From positions 6,758,001 to 6,822,000 of the forward strand of contig CM106586.1 of assembly GCA_048013815.1 (NCBI GenBank): a DNA stretch of 64,000 nt, read 5' to 3'. The stretch is from Setoptus koraiensis (Eukaryota; Animalia; Arthropoda). The translations under genes and the position numbers were made by a program. Shown here piece after piece: positions 12,911 to 26,478 of this stretch. Position 1 is the first letter of the stretch. Every line of letters begins with the position of its first letter. The notes below the pieces were generated by a model. The model had not been told where the DNA came from, ran no database searches, and saw only the letters and a program-made list of their open reading frames with translations.

Positions 12911-15129
12911 ACCAACAACCGCGACTATCGCACTGGGCCCATTGGGCACAATCCGCATTGGGCACGCTGATTATGTCATCAGCGGTCACCGGCGGCGGCT
13001 GTCATAAACTCACTCGGACACAATGCAAACACTGTCTGCCAAACAGTGTGTGTGTGTCAACTCTGGGCCGGTTTTGTCTTTGGGCGTCTCTGGTTGCCCG
13101 TTGCGGGCGCGCTGCGTGCAATGGGCCCCACGATGGGCGGCCGCATCCATGGACACTGTCCATTGGACAGTGTCCGCTGACGGTTTGCATAACTTTGCAC
13201 CGCTGCACCACTGCGCCTCTGCACCAGTGAACCGCTGCACCATGGTTGCAGTGGTTCGTTCCGTTGCAACTTGCAACCGTGGGCCGTTCGAAGTTCGGGG
13301 GTCCGCCGTCAGAGCGAAGGCGCCACGACAGTTCAATTGACAGTTGTCGCGTTCGGCGCAACCAACTGTTGCCGGCCGATCGACGCCGCTGCTCAATAAT
13401 AAGATAAATGTGCACCAAATGACATTCTGTCTCGAACAATCGCGTCGGTCGGTAGGCAGGCCAATTGCAAATGGCCAGTCGTAAATTACATTACATTGCA
13501 CAACAAACAAGGCCGTTAATTTGTTGCAATTTGCGTGACTCGTCCACCGCGGCCTATATGGCCACTTCCTCATTATTATTTTCACTGTCACTGTTTACCT
13601 GTGCGCTGCGATATTGCGCTGCGATGTATATAATTTGTGAAACAAAATTGCCCAATTGGAGAGCCATTCCAACCAACGAAAGTGCCTTGTTTATCTGGCC
13701 CCACAACCGGATTGACTCTGCACCGCACGCGGTTTATCTGGCCCCACGACAGGATCGACTCTGCACCGCACGCGGTATCAGTGCGCGTCGCTCGGGCTCA
13801 CCTGAGCGGCCGTGCAATACCGTTCGCCTTCAGTGGTTGTTACGCAAATTTATTTGTGATTGTTATGTCTGCGCCGGTCACAGACTGTCCACTGTCTGTG
13901 CCTATATGTGCTCGCCGAAGAGAGGCGCAAATTGCTCCGCTCGGCAATTGTCTGCGCCGGTACCGCTGGTGTCGCCGGTATCGTCGGAACGCCGGCATCT
14001 CTGCGCAATGTATGAATATATGGAGCGTAGATCCCGTTTGTTTGTGTCCACTATGCGCGGCGCACGGTGCACAGTGGACGCAAACAAACGGTGCTTGTGC
14101 AAATGTTGCATAACACTCGCTGATATTACATCAGTGATATTACATCAGTGATATTATATCAGTGATATATGCGCAACATTAATATTTGCGTTTGTGTCTG
14201 TGGCATTGTTCTTGTCTGTTGGCCGTTGTTTGTCCGGCTCGCATTGTGTCGGCTCATTTGACGCGCCCAATTAATTAAATTAATAACCTATTAATCCCGT
14301 CTCCGCAGCAACCCATTGAGCGGCCGCGATCAATGGCCGGCCCCACCGCGCCGCGACTCACCGCGATCAAACATTCGGGGCATAAATCAGTGTTGCGCGA
14401 ACCGGCGTTGAGAGCATGAAATTTTTTATTTTTTATCTTTTGCACCATTACCGCGCATTCCCATGGCCAGTGCTTACGTAACGCTCGTCACCGGCTGCTC
14501 ACTCGCTGCAAGCTGACCGATTGGCATGCCCGTCTTTTCGGCGCACCGTCGGGCCTGTTGTCGGGCCTGTTGTCGGGCCTGTTTGTCGTCGGGCATCGCC
14601 GGGTCGCCGGGCATCGCCGGGTCGCCGGGCATCGCCGGGCCGTCGGGCCGCCGGGCATTACCGGCCGGTCGCTAATGACGAGCACATTATGCGGGCCATA
14701 TATCATCCGGTGGCTTGTTGGCCACTGGTCGCCGCTGACCAACTGACCAGTGGCACTCATTACACCACACACTTATCATCTCCTTATTACACTTATCGCC
14801 GGCATGCTAATAATGCCAGCACAGTAACAATGCTGCAATAATACGTGTGCATTACGTAACAAATGTGCCAAACATGCATTATGTATTACATAATATGTAA
14901 CAGACGCTAGGCATGAGCAAACAGTGCGACTTGTTGCGAGCTCACTTGTTGCCTCAATGTTTGCACAGTCACCTGGCCGCGGCGATCGCGGCCAATTGTT
15001 GGCTGGCAATCGCTGGTTATCGTATCGTGTTGTCAGTGTTGGCCGGCGATTGTTTGTCATTGTGAGCCAATCGTTTGTGGAAATCGCTTTGGCCACTGGC
15101 CAGCAGCTCAAACTGCAACTCACGCCAGC

Positions 15130-15183
15130 TCACCTGGGCACGGACTCACCTGGGCACGGACTCACCTGGGCAGCGCACAGGTG
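15130..15183. promoter_or_regulatory. 16-bp tandem array of CACCTG E-boxes plus an opposing CAGGTG
   Basis: CACCTG at 15131, 15147 and 15163; CAGGTG at 15178. The repeat is certain; regulatory function is inferred. Confidence 0.35.
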
Positions 15184-17264
15184 AGCTTGTTTCAACTGAC
15201 AGCTCGTCAGCCGAAACAAGCTGACACAAGCACATGTGATCACACAAACTGGACATGATCACACAAACGGTGTGTGTGTGTGACAGCAAATGGGGCAGCC
15301 AGAAAAGATGCACAAAGTAGATAAGACGCACAGTGGTCATCGCGCCACTGACCAGTGCGGCGGTTAATGGCCCGAGCGGGCAGTGGTCAGTTGGGGCTGC
15401 ATGTCGAGTCATGTTCGTTTGTGTGGCCATTATCGGCCAACAACAACATGTTGTTGTATGTCGGTAACAAGCAATAACAAGCTAATAAGATAATTGAATT
15501 GGCGAGTGACTCTCAATTAAAATCAGCAGTCGCTACAGCGGCGACACAACCGCACAACAACCGCCTAACAGCGACTCAACCGCCTAACAGCGACTCAACA
15601 ACCGCACAACAACAGCGACACGACGCCAGCAACAGCCCGCGGATTTGCACTCGATTTTATGGCTCGATTCTGGGCGTCCGGCGGCCGCTCTCGTTCGCTT
15701 ATCTCGCGTATATTATTTCGGCTAATCGTTCGTTAAATTGCTCATTGAATTTGCTCTCTTTACGGCTTCTCTCGTTGGCTTCTCTCGTTGGCTTCTCTTG
15801 TTGGCACCCGCGAGGGCAAGTGTCGTACAAGTTGTAACTATTTAAAACCAACAACAGCAATCACTTGTTGTCGCTGTCGGCCGATATGCAAACTGTTGTC
15901 GACTGACATGCTAACCGTTGTCGGCCATTACGGTGCGTATCGCGGCGTGTATCGGCGCGAATTTCGGACGCACCGACGCCAACGACGACAAGTCATTGAA
16001 CCAAGCTCCCGATAATTGCCCGAGCGACCGATAGTTGCGACACTGGCCGATAGTTGCAAGAGTTGGCGACGTTGCGCCCCTTCGCCTCTCGGTCCGGCGA
16101 TGCAACCAGCTCGCCGCCAGCAAATCAGCTGGCCAGCGCCAAATCAAACAGCAAATAGCCATCAGGCCCCGATTGGGGCCCCATTTTGGCGCAGCGGCCG
16201 CGTCCTGTCGGCTCGCAGTGCCGCCGTGCGTGCATCATGACAACAACATGTTGCCGCGTAGATTAGTCGCAGTTAATCTAGGCGACCCGAGCGCCACTGA
16301 ACCCATTCGAGTGCGGCGCAACTTTGCACGAATATCCGCGCAACTATCCGCTTCGCAAAGTACGCGTATAAGTATTTAGGTGGTTGCACCGTGCCGCGGG
16401 CACAGGATTTCACGCTTGGCCAGCCGGCCTGTGCAAATCTGGCGCTCGGATTAGGGATATTGCAGCGCTGGCCGGAGTGGCGACCACTCGTGTGCGATAC
16501 CCCGGCCGCGATACTTTGACTGCCGATTGCGATACCTTGATTGTTGGCCTCTGAATGGACCCGCCAGCCATTGAATAGACCCGACGGACACTGAATAGAC
16601 CCGACGGACACTGGATAAACAACCGGTGGAGTGACCGGCGGTCAAATCCAGTGCGCAACAGATGACGCCGAGCGCGTGCTAGCGTCATGCGGCGTTATCT
16701 TGTCCGCCGGCGGCCATTGTTGTTTGCATTATGTGCCATTGTCACTGATCCGGCCGGGGGGACACATTTGGCCGAGTCGCCACATTGTTGGCCTTTGTCA
16801 TTCGGGCGCCGATGGTGCGATTCCGCTGAGATTGTGTGCCCATTGTGCTCGGATTTAGCGCCGATTGCGGGCCGGTTGTGCGCTGATTGTGTGCGTGTCC
16901 GAGCGGGCCCACGTCGGCCCGTCGAGTTGTGCCGCGCCAGCGATAATATTGTTGCGATAATTGTTGTTTGCGTTGCACGGGCGGGCTATTAGTGCCCATA
17001 GGTGAGTTATTGGGCCCAAACAGCGCGTGCTGTGCCCGTCAAGGAGTCAGCGTCGCTGTCAGTTGGCCAGTTCGGCCAGTTTGGCCAGTTTGGCCAATTC
17101 GGCCAATTTGCCCCCGCTCACATGGACGTTTCCAGAGGCTCACGTCGACCTTTCTGAGCGCTTCGAACGCTCGATCGGCGCGCAGCGATCAATGTCATTG
17201 TCGTCTAATGGGCAAACTATCAATCAATGCGGCGTCTAATGGGCACAAACTTGTCGCGGCTGCC

Positions 17265-17343
17265 TGTTGCCAGCACAGTGTTGCCAGCACAATGTTGCCA
17301 GCATTATGTTGCCAGCTCAATGTTGCCAGCATTATGCTGCCAA
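17265..17343. repeat. 14-bp tandem repeat x6 (tgttgccagca...)
   Basis: Read directly from the sequence. Confidence 0.9.
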
Positions 17344-18450
17344 CGTAGACGGATAGACGAGTGCCAGCGAAAGACTGGCCAGTTGGGCCAACTTGAGCCC
17401 TCGAGAACGTGTAAAACACGTCGCACATATGACACAAACAACAAATGTTGTTTGACTTGTCCGAGAGTCGCTGCGACGGTCAGCGCGACACGCTGCCCAA
17501 CACGCACAAACACGCACAAACACGCGCAAACACGTACGACCGATCGGATAATCACCGCGTGTCGCTGTTGCGGGGGTGGGCGACCTTTGGCTTGCGCTGG
17601 CTTGCGTTGGCTTGCGCTGGCTTGCGCTGGCTTGCGCTGGCGTGCAAATTGAACAGCGCCAACGGTGGGCACGGGCAACAGTTGTTGTTGGTGGCACTTA
17701 TTTTCACCTTATGTTATTAATGGTGTCACTATTATTAGTGTCAACATACTGTTGTTGGTGCACGGCCAAAACCCACAACTGCCCATCGACATACCGACGC
17801 GAATAGACGCGGACATGACACATAAATCTAGCGACTTTGCACAGTTTGTTTGGCGCGTCTAAGCACGCCCGATATTCACTTATTGTCAGCGACAATAAGT
17901 GTCCTCTCACTCTGACAACACGACACAACATTTTCGACAAACAACCTCATTTCCTGCAGCCCTGCCTCTACCGGCCGCCACTGGCGCCAACTTGATTTCA
18001 GCGAATCAAGTTTGCCGTCATGTGTCCAACAAAGTTTGCCGTCATGTGTCCAACAAAGTTTGCGCGGCAGCACGCGCAGCAGCACGCGCAGACTGGTTCG
18101 CGCGCGATTCCGCTGCGAGAGAGCGCCACTTGCGTCACTGCGGGCCTCGCTGTTTGCATATTTGTCGGGGCTGTTTGCATATTTGCTGTCACTGTTTGCA
18201 TATTTGTCGCCGTTGCGGCATGAGTGGCCCAAATCTGTCCGCTCGCGGGCCCATTCGTGCCTGTGAGCTATTTATAGTGCCTTGCATAGACTATAGACAC
18301 AGGCGCCATATAGGCGACGGCGGACGAGGCTCCAATTACATAAAGTCGGGCCTGAATCAACAAGTGGCGACTGGAGCGGAAGAAATCTCCGCTGGCGGCG
18401 CTCCGCCAGTGACAGTTCAATTGTTGGCTGTTGTGTAAACCGGACAATTT

Positions 18451-18504
18451 GACCAATGTGACCAATGTGACCAATGTGACCAATGTGACCAATTTGACCA
18501 ATTT
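18451..18504. repeat. 9-bp tandem repeat GACCAATGT x6
   Basis: Read directly from the sequence. Confidence 0.9.
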
Positions 18505-21500
18505 GTGCAATTGTCGGCCGGCCATTCACAAATTTGCCATCATCAACGTGAACCACCGACAAGTAAATGAGCTCAAATTGCAAACGCACGGGCCACAAAA
18601 GGCGACACTGACCACAACATGACCACACAATGCAACACACACAATTGCTCGCACAAACAATTGATATAACATGTCGATTTTTTACAATTTTTTCACTCCA
18701 ATTCAATTCAAAAGGCGCTATTTTAAGCGCCGTCGCAACCTAATAGCAGCTCCACAAAAGTTATATCTAAGTCATCGTCATCATTCATGAAAGTTTGCTC
18801 ATTCTTTTGTGTGGCCCCTCCACAATAACGCATGTATCTGCCATGTGATACAACAATGGCAACAGGCTGCTAAATCAAATGAAAACATAATAACTCTTAA
18901 CAGAAATAACAATGCGTGGGCGCATCTCAGCGCACCTCAATGGGCGCCACAACGAGCACAGGATGAGCATGTTTTGGCCCAATTGAGCAACTAGGTCATC
19001 GGCATTCGATCATTAAATCATGCGTTCGATTATTGAATATAATTTATCATATTATTAATATATCATGATGCGAGCACGATGCACCACGCTGGCCACACAG
19101 ACCCCACGGACCCCACAGACCCCACAGACCCGGCGCGTAAGCAATGTATCCGGCGCGTGGACTAGCCGCTACCGATTGGCAAGCGTTGCCTCCGTTGGTT
19201 ATTATGTCATCACTGATGACTCATAAGCGTCGATCGAGGCCAGCTCCGTCCGGCCAGCTACCTGTGCGCAACACAATACCCGTGCAATGCAATAACTGTG
19301 CAATACCTGTGCAATACCTGTGCACTACAATACCTGTGCGCGTGCAACACTAGCCTGTCTCGGCCCGAGACTCTCGGGCAAGGTGAGGTTGAGAAACTTT
19401 CTCGGAGAGGGCGCTCAGCTGACTCGCTCGCGGTGGATAGATGCGCGGTGGATAGAGCCACGACGGGTTGAGCCGCGCCGGATTGAGAGGCCAGTGGTGG
19501 CACGAGTAAGCGATTCGAGTTGGCATATTGATTACATCACTCACGGGGCAATCGGCGTCGACGGGATGTGCGCGGGATATAGCAGCAAGTTGGTTGGCTC
19601 GAGTAACGTGACGTAACATTATTGCTGAAAATCCCGGCGCAAGCCATTGAGCAAATATTGACCTGTTACGGTTAAATTGCATCTCCAGCGACAACTGATT
19701 GGCCCGTGAGTGAATTGCAATTTTCAACTTTTCCTCTCTACGGTGACATATAGTGAACATGGCGACATGTAATGAATATGGTGACATGAAGTGAATATGG
19801 CAGTGATATAACCGGCAATCAATGGGACCGGTAATTGATATTGGCAGAAGGATGCGAGAGGAAGGATTGAACAGATGACAGCAATTGTCAGTTGGCATGG
19901 GTGTTTGCAAATGGCCACACTGACCTTGGCCACCAATCTCGCCGGCCCTCGCGTTGGCGCCAATCACAATGATTGTTGGTTGATTGATTGCCGTTTGTTG
20001 CCGTTGCGCAACAAACTACAAACAGTCCCCCGTTGGCCAGTTCAACCGTTGCGCTTGCTGGGTTATCTGGTATATGCATACTTTATTGTGTATTTATATT
20101 TGTGATTACGTAAGCATCAGCGTCGCGTATTCGTGACAGTGCGTTTGTGACGCAACAGGCTGCTTGTCATTCGCAGACGAGATTTATCTCGAGTTAGATC
20201 AGTCAGTTTTTCATTCAGTGCAGTTCAACTGCAACTACCAGCAATTGCATTTGTTAGCGGTGCCAAAGTGACAGTTGCACGCATCAATCACACACAGGCA
20301 AGGGGCCCCAAATAGCGAGTATTCATCGAGTTATGTACACGATGATCATCATGTCTCACGTGCACCGTTGACAGTGGCCACCAGCCATGAATAACGCTGT
20401 CCGCGCACCGTCGTGCACCATCGTGCACCGTCGTGCATCAACGTGCACCAACGACAAAATGCCCAAGGGCGGAAATGGAAATAAAAATGAAAACGAAAAT
20501 GAAAATGAATTACGCGCGCTCACACTACAATTGGCATACCGGTGGCGAACGAAAGCGAAAATTTATGTAATATTTATCTTGTCCGCCAGCTCATTATTAT
20601 TCATATTTCGCTCATCACAATAAGTCACCGTGAGCGCGGTGTGTGTGAATGACACTTGGCCGGCGCACAGTTTATAAATTGAATAAAATAACTGTCACTC
20701 GTTGGCTCTGTCAGACAGGGACTGGCGTTGGTGCTGGCATTTGATTTGCGATTTGCCAATTGCGCATAGCGCACGAACATAGCGACCGTCACAGATGCTC
20801 ACTTAGCGGAAGTGGCCACCCAGCGGCCATCACTGGCGACAGCGAGCGAAAGTTGCGCAACACTCTCGCTATCTGTCATCTCTCGGGCGCAACAGCAACG
20901 GGCGCGTTGTTTTGAGCCGCTCTCGCAACGATTGCGCAACAACAACGTCGCAACAATTGCGCAACAATTAGCGCTGCAGGCTCGCGCAGCCGGTCAGCTG
21001 GTCACCTGGTGGCTGTACGGCAGCAACGATCCATTGCGCAATGACGATCCGTTGCGCAACAACAATGGCCCGTTGCCTGTTGATGATCAATAGGCCATGT
21101 TGACCATCAATAGTGCGAATAGGCGCCCATCGGCGTGTCGCCTCGGCGGCGTGCGGGCAGATGTGCGCGGGCCGGCGGCCACTTGTTGGCGCGGTCGTCG
21201 CTGTTGTTGGGCCACTAATCGTTCATTAGTGTCCGCTGGCCGGAGTCGGCGTTTTTGTTTGCAACGCGCACTCGGCCGCTAGCTGGCGTTTGCGCCACTG
21301 GCGTGCTGCTGGGACGCGGCCGCTCGTGGCGGCCCGTTGACTTTTGGCTCGGCCGGCCTTGGCCGCGCCGTCATCTGTTTGCGGACTGCAGTGTGCCGGC
21401 GCATGAATAGATGAGTAGATAATAATAGATGATAGCGGCCAAGCTGGCAGCAGGTGGCGCATAAACGGACGCAACCGCGCAACCTGAACTGCCGGCCGCA

Positions 21501-22308
21501 CAAACGGGCGGCCGACAGCGTCGAGCGCTCCGCTCGAGCGTTCCGTTCGGCGCGTTCGAACGTTCGGACGTTCGGCGCGTTCGGACGTTCGAGCACGGCC
21601 GGCCGAACGCTCCGAAGGCCGCGAACGCTTCGAAGCGAGCGAACGCGCCGAACGCGCCGAAGCCAGCCAACGCTCGAAGGCCGGCGCGCAGAAGCCCGAT
21701 TGTGGCACGAGCCATTCGCAAATATCTGGCCACACGACCAGCACACACCGACTGACCGCTGGCCGCCGGGCCGAGGCCGGCGGCCAGCAAACAGCAGCCA
21801 ACTCGAGAGAAGCAACACGTGCAGGTGTATCTCGTGCTCATCAAATAACAGTGGGCTGGCAACACGCACACACACACAACAATATAACGTGCTCTCGGCG
21901 AGCAGCTGCTCGTCGCAATTTGCACGTGTCTCTCTCACTTGTGCGTGTGCTCAAAATGTTGTGGGCTCCCCACTCGAGCGAACGGTTTGTAGTCGGCGGA
22001 CGGTCATCATTAGAGCGTCACAGCCACCAAACATTTTGGCAGCCACCACCATTTCAGCGCTCAGTCTTTTTGCGGGCCTTTTTCTCGGCCTTTTGCGCAC
22101 ACCGTCAATCGCCCATTTCGCCCCAAACATTTTCGCGGCGACCAGCCGAATTTTGGCTGCTGGTTGGTCGCTCGAAGCCCTCAGTTCGAAGGCCGCCAAG
22201 GCTTGTGTCGCTCGTGATACGTGGCCGCGCATGTCGGCCAAATATCACTCACGAGCCATGTCGACAAGCCGCTCGATCCCCCGACTTATCGAGTCGATAA
22301 TATCGACC

Positions 22309-22371
22309 TTATAATATCGAGCAATAATAATAGCTTATAATATCGAGCAATAATAATAGCTTATAATATCA
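22309..22371. repeat. 26-bp AT-rich tandem repeat x2.4 (ttataatatcgagcaataataatagc)
   Basis: Units start at 22309, 22335 and 22361. Confidence 0.9.
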
Positions 22372-22644
22372 GCAAGCTCTCAACATACTCTCTAGCAAGC
22401 GTGAGGCGCGATTGTGTGACGATCACAGACAGATCCAATTGATTGAACTGTTATTGACCACAGTAGACAGCGATATCAGTGCAGCGAGCACTAGTCTGCT
22501 ATTTGATTTCTGCATAATTCTTCCCAGCAATTCACCCATTAATTGACTTAATTAATTGACTCGATTCGAGTAGGCTCGGCCAACCATCTGAAAGCGATAT
22601 GTGCCTGAAATTGATAGACCACTTGTTGATTGAAAGGAAAAGTC

Positions 22645-23003
22645 ATTTTGTCCAGGCTGAATTGTTTTGGATCATGGTGCATCGAGCCTTATTGTGGACA
22701 GAAGACGACGTCTGAATACAGTATCGAGTAGTTCGTTTGGCCGCAACAAATCACTAGGGGCCCCAGACGGATAATCAACGAGTAGCAGGGACTCTTAAAT
22801 TCTGGGATGCACACAATCAATTTGGCGTTGTCGAGGCCTATATGCACTTATTCTCCACCAGAGACAACCGCTTTACCCTATCTAGTTATATGTTTGATTG
22901 GTGTGAGTTAATACGAGATGCTGGCCATCTATCGTTGTTTGCAATTGGTACGATGCAATCATTGTCGGACAATGAGCCTATTTTGGATAGTTGCCCTCAT
23001 CGA
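22645..23003 (-). pseudogene. Decayed copy of the neurobeachin 3' end and probably part of its 3' UTR
   Basis: 22782-23003 aligns to 54477-54765 with an internal deletion. It translates RVKRLSLVENKVHIGLDNAKLIV versus gene RVKSLSPVENKYILVGLDNGKLIV. The extension into the 3' UTR (22645-22760) is weaker. Confidence 0.8.
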
Positions 23004-25168
23004 CCATAGCCAGCCCAAATGCGACTGACTGGCTGCTGCACCATTGCTGCACCATTGCTGCACTATTGGTGCACCATTGGCGCACAGTTGGTGCACGCAC
23101 CAACCAACCGCCAACTAGGCACCAACCAGCACCAACTGTTGCCATAGTTCGTGTGGCATACGACCAGCGACTCTCACAATGTCAGATAAGTAGAGTGACA
23201 GTGCCACTGCAACGGGCACGCAGGGTGCTCGCGCTGGAGCGGTCAATCAGTTTGGCCGGTGCAAGCGAGCGCGATTTGTGTGAATGAGCGATGAGATGGC
23301 GCCCACCACGTGCAGCGTGCACCACAGTGAACAATATTGGCACGCGCACACACACACACACAAACGAGAGCAACCGACTGTTGAACAGCGACACAGCACC
23401 TGAGCAGTTGGGCACACAAAAGGACATGTGCACCAGTTGGTGTGTTTGCCATTTGGCACTGTCAGTTGTTTGCTTTGTCAGCGGGCAAATTCAACCAGCG
23501 TTTGGGGCGAGTGGCGCGCGCGAAACTGGAGCAACCGGAGCAACTGGTGCACATGTCCTCTGGCGCCCGAACCGCTCAGGTGCTACCTCGTTCGCTCTCG
23601 CTCTGGTTGCCGGCCCGTGCAACCAGAGCCGGCCCACGCGCCCACCGACTCCGGACGCTCGCCTCTGTCGCTCGCTTCGGACGCTCGCTTCGGACGCGCG
23701 CTCCGGACGCTCGGGTCGGCGAGCCGCCCACGGGCATGCACCGCCCGTCTGTGCCGGCTCTGCTCGGCGCAAATCGTGCCCGCTGTGCCCGCTGTGCCAA
23801 TCGTATATACATATCGTACATGTATGTTTGCGGGCGCCAACCAACGGCTCGGCCGGCAACAACGCGCAGTTGCACGATCTGTGCCCGGTTGCTCCAACTT
23901 GCGCGCGCCCGAATGGTGCACGCGTTGCTTGTTTTGGTGCGTACGCGCGCCGGCCGACATGTGCACCAGACGCTCCAGTTATGCGTCTGGCGATTCGCAC
24001 AACTGACCACTCCGGCAATTGAGTGGGCGAGCGTCACAAAGTGCAAACTGGGCACCGTCGGCCATTGAGGGCGACCAATCATCTGGCTTGCGCGTGCATC
24101 ATCTGCAGCTCATCTCGATACACGGTCGCCGGTCGTGGGCCGCGAAACGCCAGCTGAGCCACTGACACAGGTCAGCCCAAGTGAACTCAATCGGACCCTA
24201 ACGAGTCGTTAGCGACGACCGACATACATGGATCTGGTGCGCATCGCGGTGGCCGGTGGTGCAACGGCGCTGCTCGGTGCAGCCGCGCCGGCTCTGAACG
24301 CGGCCCACGAGTGGCGCTAAAACTGGCTGCACGTTCGTGCCCGATGCACCAACTGCGGGCCAATTCGTTGCAACAATTGTGCAAGCGGCACCAACTCGCA
24401 GCTTGCAACTGGTTTCGGCCAGCACCAACTGGTGCACAGTTGCCATCGGTGGCGGCCGGCCGGTGCTGATATCCAACGGCCGCCGCTCATCACGAGCGAC
24501 TGCAGGCTGCAGCTCGGCGCGTGCCCTCCGCCACCGCCGTTGCACCGCCGCTTGCTGCACTGTTGCAGCACTCTCGCACCACCGCTTGCGCCACTGCTTG
24601 CAGTGGTGCAACAACTGCCGCTGCTGCTGCAGCAACGCGCGCCACTGTGTGCGCCCCCATTTGTGACGTGTGCACCAACTGTGATACGCAGTCTGTAATA
24701 CAGACTCTGTATCACAGACTCTGTATTGCAGACACCACCTTGTGCACCACGTAATTCGCCCCCTAGGTGCACCCGCCACGCAACGGCAGCATGTGCGCCT
24801 CTATGTGCACCGGTCGCGGTGCAATGCCACACACGCACGCGTTGCGAGTTGCACCGTGCGCAATGCACTATGCACCGTGCGCACTACAACCGTCGTTGGC
24901 GATGAGCAGCGCCCAATTTCGCAACTGTGTGTCTAATGTTTGTAATGACGTTCCACTGACAGCCTAACTTACGGTAATCATGCAATGCACCACTCACACT
25001 AGCGACAACACTAACTGGTGCTCGTCGTAACAATGCCGCTGCCGCCTGTGATGACGCAACAATAATGGTGCAGCCCCACGCGAGGCCCGTGCTGAGCGCG
25101 TGCCGGCGTGTGAAACTGCCACTGGCGCCAGTTCGCACGTGCATCAATCCGGTTGTTTGCTCATTGCG

Positions 25169-25171
<3 letters not shown>

Positions 25172-25199
<28 letters not shown>
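25172..25199. repeat. (AC)14 microsatellite
   Basis: Read directly from the sequence. Confidence 0.95.
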
Positions 25200-25202
<3 letters not shown>

Positions 25203-25629
25203 ACGTAATGTGGGAACCGTTGGATAACCGTTGAGTAACCGACATTGCTGGGTGCCCAGTTTGGGCGGCAGGTTGAGGTGCACCAGCGGCGGTGCGAGTG
25301 CGGCACTTGTGTCGCTGGTTGCAGCGTCAATTTGGCGTTTTGTCGGCGCCGTTGCTGCATCCGGCCCGATCGGCGGATCATGACGATGGCCGGGACAGAG
25401 GGCGCCACCGTCGCGCGCCCGAGAGGCTTCAGCAGTGTTATAACAACAACAACATTACAACAAGCAGAGGCGCTGCTGCGCCTCAGCCCCTCAACCGGGC
25501 CGCAAAGCAGCTCAGTAGAGCGGGCTTGTGGCGGGTTTGTGGCGGGTGTGAATGCCCGGTGAATACCCGGTGCATGCCCGGTGAATACCGACTATAGCGC
25601 GTTGAAATAATGATAATGATAGCGCTAAT

Positions 25630-26130
25630 CATGAGCGGCGCATATGGTAATCGAGACAGTGGATGTGCAATCGTTGAGTTGAGTAACGTATTGAGAGCTT
25701 GGACGACGAGCTCGGACGGCGCAGCAACGATTGATCGCCGGACCCGGCCCTATCACGACTTTGGCCACCTTAATTGCCGGCTAGAGCGCGCGCGCGTGCA
25801 ACGCGGGCCATGATTTGTTGCTGTCGGCCGGCACTGTTGCTCGGCCGTCGTAATTAGGCAGGCCGCATCAAGTGCTGCTGTTGTTGCTGTTGTTGTTGCT
25901 GCTGTTGTTAGTGTTGTTTGTTGCTTCTGTTTGTTGCTTCTGTTTGTTGGCCGGCAATTGGCTCACAGGTCGCCGGACACAGGTGACAAGACGGGCTGGC
26001 ACGGTGAGCGAACAGTGGCCATCAGTTTTTGGCCATCAGTTTTTGCTGGCCACCAGTGCAAATGATCCCAAGGCCAGTTGAGCAAACCGTCGCACAAATT
26101 GATTGACCGGAAACGACGGGCCCACCGACA
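25630..26130. repeat. Right arm of a diverged inverted duplication (partner 12250-12760)
   Basis: As for the left arm. Ends ~20 bp before the neurobeachin relic at 26150. Confidence 0.85.
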
Positions 26131-26149
26131 GCCGAGAGACTGAACTGCA

Positions 26150-26472
26150 ACTGACAGTGTTGCTGCTGATAAACGACAGCAGAATAAGCCACCTATGGCT
26201 TTATGGTCAACATACAATTTGGTAGGTGTTGTCATGCGTAGCACAACGTTTTGCGATATGGCAACTATTTGAAATTGTGTGGTTGTTGTATGTTACAAAC
26301 AACTCATCTCATCGAGAGCGTCTCATATCAGTACTGGTAGTGCGATCATAATCAAGGTGGCGAGAACATTTGATTCACAACAACCAGTTTTCACCCTGAT
26401 CACAAGCAAAATCAAAGCGTGCTAATTCAATCGTACACGAACCAAATAGTGCAAAGTCGTTGTCTCCGGCGG
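26150..26472 (+). pseudogene. Decayed inverted copy of the neurobeachin C-terminal coding region
   Basis: Aligns to the reverse complement of 54553-54863. Translates DKRQQNKPPMALWSTYNLVGVVMRSTTF, IIKVARTFD and ANSIVHEPNSAKSLSP, with stops and frameshifts. Confidence 0.9.
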
Positions 26473-26478
26473 GTTCCA

